A stretch of 61,864 nt of DNA, taken from positions 1 to 61,864 of the forward strand of contig FLMG01003767.1 of NCBI GenBank assembly GCA_900088475.1, in the 5' to 3' direction. This DNA comes from Hyphochytrium catenoides (lineage: Eukaryota; Protista; Hyphochytriomycota). The translations under genes and the position numbers were made by a program. Below, piece after piece: positions 51,298 to 61,864 of the stretch (the stretch's first letter is position 1; every line of letters starts with the position of its first letter). The notes below the pieces were generated by a model that did not search any database, was not told where the DNA came from, and saw nothing but the letters and a program-made list of their open reading frames with translations.

Positions 51298-54200
51298 TCA
51301 GTCGTCGAAAATCTCTTCCATTATGTGACTAAGGTTGATGTTGCTGAGATGAGACTGCAGCGAAGCTTGGTTAGGCAAGATTCTCCTAAAAGGAGCCCAG
51401 TTCCTCTCCCCTTGCTACATTCTCCAGTCCTCTTGCCCTCACTGCCCCTCTTCTAATGAAAATTCTTCTTATCCGCTTCTGTTACCTCACTAACGCGCTA
51501 ACACTACTTCTACTAGATTCTTCCCTTGTACTTTCTCTTGACCAGTTCTCTCGCTCGGTTCCTCTGGGATCTACAACTTACCGATTTGAATTGCTTGACT
51601 GCGTACAAGAAGAGGATGGTGGAATGAAAACAGTTGTGCCGGCCCTGGGAGACAAGCACGGAAGACAGAGAGCGAACAAAGCTCAGGTGGATAGCTCCTT
51701 GGAAACGGGATATTACATATTGTCAAGGGAGGATATAATGAAAGTAGATCGACACAGCTTGATAGAGTAAGAGCACAAAGTTTTCCTCCTTCCCCGCCTT
51801 TTTCTCTTGAGGTGAAGCTAGAAGGGTCCGCCGTCAAGTGTGACTAAAGCAGGAGATGGTAGACCGACTTCAGCGGATGCATGAGGACAGTTTCAGAGAC
51901 ACTGATAAGGACAAATCAACAAAGAGAGCATGCGGAAAAGGATAGCCCACCGGTAAAACCTCCCAGACCTTCCCATTGCAGACAACATGGTAGGTCGGTG
52001 GGTGGATCTGGCTCATAAAGATCAAGAATCTGCCTCTGACGCTTTCAGGAGTGGGAGTACTATCCAAGTAGTGAGAGCGAGTGAAGGGACGATCTCCATC
52101 GTAAGACGGAGGAAGAAGATTATCCATAGCTGTGCAGAAGAAGTGGACCAAGATCTGAGAGTAGAGATTGGTTAAACGTCCACCTGTCAACTACCGAGAT
52201 GATGACGCAAAAAGTGACTAGGAAATGGGGTTTGGACTTGGAGAGAAGAGGATCTCCAAGCATGAACAGACGTCAAAAGGAAACAGGTGTCCTCAATTTT
52301 AGTTCAGGCCAAGTGAGTCTTACGTGGGCATCTGAAGGGAGATCTCTGGTCCATTCCCTTCCCTTATAAGGGCCCCCACCATCCCAGCGGAGATTGCCTA
52401 AGTAACCATCAGCAGCAAGGGTTCGCATGCGCTGGAATCAAAAGCGTCAGAAGGAAAGCCGATCAAGCACTGCCACTATTTGCGCAGGGAGTCATGAATC
52501 GCACCTGGAGAACGTAGTGTCGATTACTCTCGCCTCTGACATCCAGATATCTCTCAAGCTATAGAGAAGCCAAGTCAGTTCAGCGCAAGAAGAAGATTCG
52601 CCTCAGCGAGAAATAAGCTCACCGCTCGTTGTTCAACAAGAAGATTGACCCCTGATCGGACCTTGGACTGTGGGATAGCAAGGACATATGGTGAGATCGA
52701 GATTGCAGATGAGAAGCGTGTCATGCAAGGAGTGCAACGTCAACAAATGAGAACGGAACATATGGTTACCTGAGGAGCAGAGGGTAAGGAGACATTTAGC
52801 TATTAACTCATGAGACAGCTATGAGAGAAGCTGTACGTGTAGGACGCAACTGAGCCTAGGATCAGACGGACTTTGCAGATGACAATCGAGAGGAAAACAG
52901 CGGCGAGAGAGAGAGGGATTGACAACACATAGATCCTCTCGTCCCCTTGCTGCGTCTCGGGGCTCAACCTGGAATAATGGGTGCTTTGCCAGCTGTACAG
53001 TCATGTCATTTAGTGTCAGATTCGCACGAGTATAGCCGCCACCGTGAGGTGCTGGAGGCTGGAAGATAGGCTGAACCGCTATCTCCCGCTCGACGAGCTC
53101 CCGCTAACGAGTCGGGGACGACGCGACATGTAAACGAGATCGACAGACGTCAAATGAGTGCGATATTGTATGATCAAACAGCCCAACCATCACTCAACAA
53201 TGCCAGAAGATAAACCAGTCGTAGTAAACAACAGCTAAAATGCCTGTAAGTATCAGGACTAAGCCTAGGTCAGCAGGTACTAGGAAGAACAACTGAAAAG
53301 CAAGCCAGGATCTCCGAAAGTATGGTGTAAGAAACAAAATTTTAGTCGCTGTTCAGCGCAACGGAGGCCCCAAAGAGCGACTCACCTGAACGCCACATTC
53401 CATCAGTTCTCTCATATTTTGATCAAATGCAGCCTAGTTGCAGTTCAGAGATTAGAGACTGGCGGCAGGAAAGGCTGTCCCGCATAGCAGGATGAGATAA
53501 CAGGCAGCCTGAGGACAGGCACAGAATTGCTGCGCTGTCGTGGTAGGTTCAATACAGCCAGCAGGCTTAATGTTGGCACGGAAAGGAAGCGCCAGTGACG
53601 CCGAAGAGAGGAGAAATATCACGCGTAAGGACGAAGAATATTCTCAGGGTGACATACTATGAACTCCTGCAGCCTTCTGCCTAAGAACCTCCTGAGGTTA
53701 TCGGTATAGTCATCGATTGAAGACGCTAGCCCCAGATCCTCGAGTAGCTGTTTAGCCACCCGGACGTCGAAGGATCTGCTTCCATCGCTGTTGGAGACCA
53801 TCGGACTCTCACGCCTAAAATTTGAGATGGACATGTCCAAGGAGAAGAGGGACAACCAAAGAGTCAGGAAAAGGGCGATAAGGCTGACCAAGAGATTGCG
53901 GCCATAAAGGGAAGGGCCAAGAGAAGGATTGGAGGATTCCCCTCAGTCATCTATTGGAAGAAAATGTAGATGCAGACATCGAGCACAGACTAAACATGGT
54001 ATAAGAGGGGCTCCAAAGGGATTGGACATAATCTGTACCTGGAGGGCACCGCGTAGTGCAGTGGCGACGGGGTCACATGGGGCGACCCATACGCATAGCC
54101 CGGAGAGTACATGACAGGAGTCGGTGACGCTGTAGGAGGAAGAGCAGCTCCCAGAGTACCAAACGGAGAGCGCGGGGGCAAGAGCCCTCCTGAAAGAGGT

Positions 54201-54821
54201 GTCGGACCTAGGGCGTAAGGAGAGGCTGACCATCCATCGTAAACACGTGGTCAAGCCGAGAGAAAGACAAGAAAGGGTAGGAGTTAGTCCTCTGAGGCAG
54301 TCCAGTGCCCCTAGACGAGGCAGACCTCTGAAAGGCGATTTACCTCCAAAAGAAGAATCCCTGCTGTCCAGATAGCGCTGGGATTTCGTCTTTTCCTCTC
54401 GATAGGTCTACGTCGTTTAAAGTCTGAGTACATGGAGCACATACACCAAGTGGAGAGATACAAGCGAAGCAAAGGAATGTAACTCAAAGACAAAGAGAGA
54501 GGACGGTCTCTCCCAAAAGATAAGAAGGAGTGTAAGAGCTGAAGATTGAGTTACCTGAAGGTAAGACTCAAGGCCCTTTACGTCTTTGATCTCTGGTGTC
54601 CGCGGAGAGGAGTAGCGCAGAGGTGACCAATTTACTCCCTTTCCGTCCGCCTTCATCGGGGTGAAAGCGTGCTTACTAAGAGGGGTAGTTGGTGTCCGCT
54701 GCCTCAGTCTATCGGAAATCGCAGGAGGAGAAGAGATATAAGGAGTCCATACGCTCTCTCTCTGTCGATACTCCGTACGCTTGAGAGCTAATGTGCTCCC
54801 ACTTTTTAGGATGTTGGCCAT
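51298..54821 (-). CDS. TMEM209: TMEM209-like nuclear envelope protein
   Basis: LERYLDV...YVLQ|RMRTLAADG...RWDGGGPYKGREWTRDLPSDAH|ILVHFFC...PPTYHVV...VLP|GRHNCFHSTILFLYAVK...LSNINL matches the recalled conserved C-terminus. Confidence 0.8.
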
Positions 54822-56099
54822 GTCTGTCGTTTGGTTCTCACCACTCAATCAACCAATAAACCCTCTCTCTATGTCGGTCTTCTGGCTTCTTCTTCTGCTT
54901 CTACTCCTCTCTTTCTTTTCTCCCTCTTTCTCTCTCTCTCTCTCTACTCCTCTCTCATCTGTCTCGTAATGCCCCTCCCTACATTGGGTTGATTTTGCTC
55001 TTCGCTTGAGCTCTTATAAGATAATCATCCACCCGCCCAAAAGGCTGGGATGTAAAACTTCAGGCCCACGTACCCTGAAGTGGAGGCCTTCTCTGCGGAT
55101 GCTGGCGGCAGACGGGCCAATGGACGAGGAGGCTTCGCCTTCTCGCCTTCTATAGAATCTAACTCTTCATACTCCTCCGCATTGAAGCCTAACAGACGCC
55201 GCTTTAGAAGAGTGTTAGCCTCTAGCTAAGTGCGGACTGCCCATCCCAAGACAAGAGCACCACCGTGAGAGCAGCAGTACAGGGCTGGATACGTAAGAAG
55301 ACGGGTTGGGTGCACCATACGGACGAAGGGTAAGAGAAGAAAAAACATTAAAAGAGCTTACGTCACCTGCTTAGCGCTAAGCTGACAAAGCTTGAGCTTG
55401 AGCGTGCGCTGTGTTTGGGTCTGGTTCCAGAGTAGTCTGGCAATGAGGATGACGCACAGAATAGTAACGGCATGTCCTGCAGAGCATGGCGCAGGATACA
55501 TAGCGAGCGCTATCAGAGTTTGAGGGAAATTCATCAATTTGCCGCGGCAGAGACAAATCAGACAGAAGTATTGAGGTGACAAAGGTATAACTTGGAGGAG
55601 AGTAAGTGAAGAGACTAAGCAGTAGAAGCAGAGGTGAAGCTCGGTTAATTCCAGAACCAGCCAACGAGAAGAGGGGCAGCCCCAAGATCGTGCAGTGCAA
55701 TTAGATAGTGGAAGGTACCTAGGGGTTGAGTCTCCTCAACATGAGGCTGCAGGATCCCAAGGAGAGCGAAGACACTTAAGAAGCCCACGGAAAGCGACAG
55801 CCGTGTGCTTGACTGCACCCTTCCCCTGAGGGCTAAAACTTCGTCCGTCAGGGATAATGAAGTCTGACCATCCGCCAGGCTGCCTATCGNNNNNNNNNNN
55901 NNNNNNNNNNNNNNNNNNNNNNNNNNNNNNNNNNNNNNNNNNNNNNNNCCGTCTATAGTTCCAGTATCTACTGAGAAGATAGAACTTCAGAAGACACAAG
56001 AGCTACCAGGACAGACTAGCAGCTTCCCTTTCCCATCAACCTGATGGCGCTATGTCATCTTTGCTGGATGGGATGCAAGTAACCCTCTAGCCCCACAAG

Positions 56100-57463
56100 C
56101 CCTGCGCGGCAACGTCAATGATCACTGAATCCCCTTCTATCTTTTAAAATTTGTCAACCTTGTCAAGAACAAGGTAGCTCCACAGGGCGGAGAGTGACGG
56201 TGCTGCTCTCCCCAAGACCGTCAAAGTTGAGCTTCATCTGGAGATTCGCAGACCTTGAGCTTCACAGCTTCGCACAGATCAGAGCTTCGATCGCAAAAGT
56301 TTCGCAGCACCAACAAATCAAAACAGCCTCTCAAAGAATCAAATCAGAGCTCAGCCAGTGATCTGATTACTGATAGGCCGACATCCCTACATTTATCGCC
56401 AATGTCAGAAACATTTATCGCAAATGTCAGAATATTAAAATCGGTGGCCACTGGATGGTAGATTCGGGGACTTGTGGACAACTTTCTGGACGTTAACCAA
56501 CCCAATCTGATCACATCTGTGTTTATAGGTGTTTTCATATTAGTTTCGATATCAGTCCAATTAAATTTTCCATATGGGTGTTCATATTCGGGTTTTCCGG
56601 CTATTACTGACTCTACATCTCACTCTGTCTTCTGCGTTATCGCCCCTGCGCGGCCGCCGTGGCCTTGGAACTCAGTCAAGCCCAAGCACAGTCATCGGAC
56701 CTCTTTCTTCAAGAGATGTGTCAAGGCTGCAGACAATTATGCGAGTCAAGCAACACCGATCTCCGTAGAAGGGGACGGGCACCTTCCTTGTGAAAGTCTA
56801 GGAAGTGTATCCTGTACCCCGTCAGGGGGTTCAAGCCGTTGGCTCTAAGATGGTTCTTCTGGCTATGTTATTGGCAAGGGCTTCTTCACGGATAAGCTGA
56901 CCTGGTGCAGAGTGTCCAGCAGCTGCTGGAGCTCCTGCCAGATAAGTCCCATGGGGAGCTTCTCTCTACAACGATGATATAGAGAGTGCTCCGCTGCATA
57001 GAAGTCTGCTCGATTCTTCCAAATTTTCCCTCTCGCCTCTTTGAGAGACTCTTCGCTCTTGGTAATCACTGCAAGTCCATCACCTATGCCTTGCGATACT
57101 TTGCCGAAGATCTTCTTAGCGCTTGCGATGGTCTCAGCCACGGCCTCTCGAGCGGCTGACGCCTCGACGAGTTCTAGCGCCGTCTTGGGCTTTGAACCTG
57201 AAGCCCGATAATAGAAAAAGGGTGAGGAGAACTCGCCCTAGACAAAAGAAAGAGTCGAAGCGTTTTCGTGGGCGTATTTCTCTCTCTCGCGCGCGCCCTC
57301 TCATTCTCTCTTTCTTTTACTCTCTTTCGAGCCCGAGTCAGTCTACTTTCATCCTCTTCCTCCCCTTCTTTTTAACTCACTTGCCTCTACAGCCTGCTCT
57401 AGTGAGCAAATTCCCCCGTCCGATCTCCATAGCTTGGTGGTTCTCACTGCTAGGACACCGCAA

Positions 57464-57512
<49 letters not shown>

Positions 57513-60292
57513 ATTGGTTTCTCACAGACCTCCAGGTAGCTCCTGCGCCCTGTTGGTGGCAACTAAAGTTGCAGCCTTCTCTTCCTCCATAGCTTCCGCG
57601 GCCATCATCACAGAGATTCTCGAAAGCCAAGCTGGAACCAGCATCTCGTAGTCATTCCAGACGTCCCGCTAGAAGAGGAAGTAGAAGAATAGCATAGATA
57701 TTCAAAGAGGGCTGTGAGAAAAGTAGAAAGAGAGAGAGAGAAAGAGAGAGCACAGGCTGGAGCAAAACTTGCAAGAGAAGATGCCACGAAGCCCAAGCCA
57801 CAGGGAGTCCACAGGTGGCTAAGAAAGAGGAATCATTCGGAGACAGTCAAACACGAAGCTCATGGTCGAAAGCCTGAGAAACCACGCTTAGACATTCACT
57901 ATGCCGTCGTTGTGCTCTCTTTCACCTACCAACACATTCATCTCGTGCCAGACCCTATCAAGCGGAAGTGGCGGAAGACTTCTCTCGCTGCAGTAGAGAT
58001 CTAGGACGCCGCACGATGAGAAAGGAAAGGAAGACAGATTGTTGGCGAGAGACAGAACTTCAAGGCGTAGGACAATGCGATATCTAGGGCTTAAAGAGTT
58101 CGGGAAGAAGGCGAGCTTTGAATCATGAGACGCCAAAAGGCAGAGGAAGGAGGAGGAGGAGGACGGAGTGTGAGATAATGGAGGATGATACTACTAATCT
58201 CTCTTACCGGACATAATAGCTTTTCGTAAGTGCTTGCGCATGATGTGCACAAGGTCTCCCAGTGAAGGAGGACGGGCAGTGCTTGCATGGGACTCCAAGT
58301 ATTGAGCGATAGCCATCTGATACCCCTCTGTGACCTAGAGTAAGAGATGAATGAGGGTGCAATGCAGAGAGAGAGAAAGAGACAAACAACGACAGTTGGA
58401 GAAAGATACAGCAATCGACAAGGCAATCAAGGGTGGTCATCTATCAGGGTAGCAGAGCTCCCCAGCGCACAAAGCCTCGCCGCACATAGCTTTTGCATAT
58501 TCCCTCTCTCTTCTTTTTTCGCCCATCTTCCTTCTCTCTCTCTATCACACATGTTTTCTCAATATGGTCAGCCTCTCCTGTGAGTCCGCACGTGCAATTG
58601 ACATCACCCAGCTTCAGTCTCACCTGCGCGTCTACGACATTGACGACAATGTCTCGAACCATCTCCCTTACGGCCCTGTAACTAATGAGGTCTCCCACAA
58701 GAGAGAAGGTCACGGATGCTGTCAGCAGCGAGGTGAGCCGCGCCTCTCGCTTCAAGAGCTGACTCTGCCAGAACTCTAGCAGCGCTAACAGAAACCTACC
58801 AGGTAGAGAGTCATTAGAGGCCAGGAGGTGCACAAGCGTAAGTTGGAGAAAGAATCGTTCTGAAGGATGATAGAAAGCGAACTAAACAGTGCGGCAAGAC
58901 CTCGACGTTGAAGCCAGGCAAGAAGGAAGCCGCAGCGTAGAGTTTTGAAAGGGTAGGACAGCGTGGTAGCCGCCAAAGCCTATCTTGATAAGGGAGAGAA
59001 GAGAGAGAGAGATAGGACAAGAGAGAGATAGGACAGGAGAGAAAGAGAGAGAGGGCAGGACTTACACATCAGTGTCTACCACCTCCTCCGCACTGCCCGC
59101 TGTCTCGATCACGACACATTTGGAGATCTTAGCCTTTAAGCCTGCTTTCTCTGNNNNNNNNNNNNNNNNNNNNNNNNNNNNNNNNNNNNNNNNNNNNNNN
59201 NNNNNNNTTAGACCGTCTCTAGGGAACAGTAGAGATGGTGGCCTTCCTTCTTCATCTTCATGAAGGAGGCGTAGTGTAAGAAGATAGAACCTGAAGTCAA
59301 AGAGAGGGAGGTTGGGCGGAAAGACACGGGGAGCCGGGAGAGCAGATGCAGACGGTGAGTCTGGTGCACGGAGATAGGCAAAAGCGACTCTGAAGAGGGA
59401 AAGAGCTAAGCTCTCCAATAATTCCCGTCGCCCTTCACTTCGCCTCTCCTCCCCTCATCTCTCCCTTCGTAGTCCCTCCTCTTACTCCTGATGATCTCTG
59501 TTCTCTTGGTTTATGTTCATCATCTTTGGGCTTACTCTAGAGCCTCAGAGGTAGCCAACAACTTCTCTTCCTCTGTGCTTCCAAGTCCTGACAGGGCAAG
59601 GAATGTAGAGATCCGCACGTTTCCTCCCGAGTGTGAGTGGTGCCGCAGGTTAAAGAAGAGGTCGTGAATGTGCTTGTCCGCCTCCTGGGCAACCTGTGGG
59701 GATTGAGATAGTGGAGAAGAGAAACCTTTCAGACCAGAACAGAATAATGGAGAGAAAGCTTAGATGGAGCCAGACGTCAAGCAGAAAATGGTGCCAAAGG
59801 GTAACGCGGGAGACTAAAGGAACTGAGGAGTTGTGGACAGAGATTGAAAGGACGAGTTAGAAATAGAGAAGATGGCGGTTCGCGGAGAGGAGGGCGAAAG
59901 ACAGGGTCCATGGGCCGCGAAGGACCGGGACAAAGAGAGCGAACGAGAGAGAAAGACATAGAGACATAGAACGGATATGCGCCAGCGAGACAGGCTGATA
60001 GTGGTGGGATAAGAGAACTTTTTCCCGCTGTCTCTTCCCGTACCGCGTATCTTTCGAGGTACATTTGATAGATGTGAGTGCCTAAAGGCCGCTTCCAGCT
60101 TATCTTCTGCAGGGTTTAGATCAGACTTCGGCGTTCCTTTCTACCTCTCTGACTCTTTACCGATTGGCTTCATGGCGTTTCTTTTTGCTGTCTCTCTTCT
60201 CACTGTCTTCCCTCTCACTGTCTCTCCCGTACCTGGCTCTTCGACTTTCGAACAGCTCAGCTCATAGGCAGATGACTGACTCTCTCTCTTCA

Positions 60293-60330
<38 letters not shown>

Positions 60331-60872
60331 TCTCGCCTCCAATCAGTCCGCCCCCATTTCTCAATTACCTCTAGACAATAATAGTAGACATCCGCCATAG
60401 CTGCTCGCACCCATGAGAGTGGCTTCAGCACCTTCCTCTCTCGAATTCTATTAACATTCCTCGCGTAGGCTTTGCTAAGAAGCATCCTCATGGAGAGAGG
60501 AAGTGGGGAGAGATTGAGAATGACAGCGCGTTGTCTGAGAACGTGCTGGATCCTGCGCACGGCCACTGCTCTCTTTATACGGCGCAAGCGCTCAAACTCA
60601 TCCGGCCTCTTCCTGCAGTTACATATCCCGACATAGATACGTCAAAAAGGAACGTGTGCACAAAGGTGGGAGACCGAGTAGGAGAGAGAGAAGACTGAGG
60701 GCCTGTATCCACTCTGCTTGTCTGCAGACGAGAAGGATAAGAAGCAGCTCGAAGGGGCGAAGAGAAGGAAGAAGGATAAAGGCAGAGAGAGAAGAGGGAT
60801 AAAGGCAGAGAGAGGGAGAGGTAACGGATAAAGAGCCAAATCGTAAAATGAGGGACAGAAAGAGAGAGAGAC

Positions 60873-60915
<43 letters not shown>

Positions 60916-61864
60916 AGAGAGATTGAAGGAGGCACACTTTAGAGAACGCTGGGCACATAAGCTATGTCGAAGTGCATTCAATCAATAATCAGGAAAAGAA
61001 CTTTTTTGGGAGAGAAAGTCCAGAGCCAGTGATGGAGATAGCGAAGAGACAAAGAAGAGAAAGAGGGATGCTTACTCTCCCCTAGTAGAGTTGAACGCTG
61101 GCTTGACTGCATCCTGCAGCCCTTCCAATTCGCATTCTATCATCCTGAGAAGCCCATGTGGGGTCCGTGCTCGTGGAAAACCTTCTCCTCCTCCTCTTCC
61201 TTTTTGTTCCCTACCGCTCAACTGGAAGTGAAGAAGGAACGTCTGTAGAATCACAGAGAAAGCGAGAGAGCGAAGAGAGTGAGATATACACCCACGCCAC
61301 AGAGAAGAGTGATTATAGTTGCCGACGTCTAGAAAGAGAGCGACGAGAAGGGGAGCAGACAGCCATAATAAAGTTGTACAACCCAGACGAGAACCGGCGT
61401 ACACAGCCATAACACAGCTGCAAAAAGTTGGTTAGCGGTTCTGTCCGGTAAGTTAACTTGCCAGCAATCTTCTATAGAGGGACAGCGGCCTTCTCCCATC
61501 TATGTCCACAGCCTTGGCTCCTCCTTCTTCATTAGAGGAGCGGCCGAGCTCCTTAACAAGTTCCACATAGAGTTTGTTCGCTTGGATGCGCACATCCACG
61601 GGAAGGTCGTTGATCATGCTGATAATCGCACTCTACGCAGAAAAGAAAACGGAGAAAGAAGAAACCGTTAAGTAGCAGGAGAGAGAGAGAGAGATGGTTA
61701 GCGAGGTGAAGGCGTCAGCGGTAGAGAAAGTATAAAAAGAGTAAGGTCAAACACCTGGAGCACCATCACAGTGAAATCTTCTTTCGCCAGTGTAAGGTGT
61801 GGTCCGTATAGAAAGTGGTAGAAAAGGGAGAGCGGACGAGCGAAGAGAGAGAGAGAGAGAGAGA
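56100..61864 (-). CDS. Large multi-exon hypothetical protein, 5'-truncated by the window edge; 3' end uncertain
   Basis: A series of GT-AG-bounded coding-like segments: SAIISMINDLPVD..., RIKRAVAVRRIQH...ADVYYYCLE|KISWKRPLGTHIYQMYLER, AQEADKHIHDLFFNLRHH, LVGDLISYRAVREMV, AETIASAKKIFGKV. The full exon chain was not verified. Confidence 0.55.

Noticed and set aside
51187-51770. Plus-strand ORFs of 89 and 104 aa
   Set aside because: Antisense shadows of the last TMEM209-like exons.

Overview
Gene-dense, intron-rich eukaryotic DNA (about 50% GC, GT-AG introns, many (CT)n/(GA)n tracts, six N gaps). It is probably from a flagellated stramenopile; this is inferred from an oomycete-type 7TM-TKL gene, a PX-RING gene and a ciliary EFHB homologue. 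Recognisable genes: HSD17B4/MFE-2 (5' part), PX-RING, an RS-rich protein, pelota, a PH-domain protein, LRRC57-like, TRAPPC2L, POLR1C/RPC40, TVP23, ceramide synthase, EFHB, TMEM209-like, and part of a large unknown minus-strand gene. An accessory island at about 7.9-12.2 kb holds a decayed Mutator (MULE) transposase, a cluster of mini-hairpins, an 83-bp foldback, a broken spliced gene and an interstitial (CCCTAA)3. The standout is a hand-assembled 21-exon gene at 19549-25813: signal peptide, plant nsLTP/prolamin-like eight-cysteine ectodomain, Pro/Thr stalk, 7TM, catalytically dead TKL pseudokinase and DEP domain. A second candidate is an intronless membrane-protein gene (14168-15886) resembling an actinobacterial family. 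All exon structures were inferred by eye, and family assignments come from recalled motifs rather than database searches.
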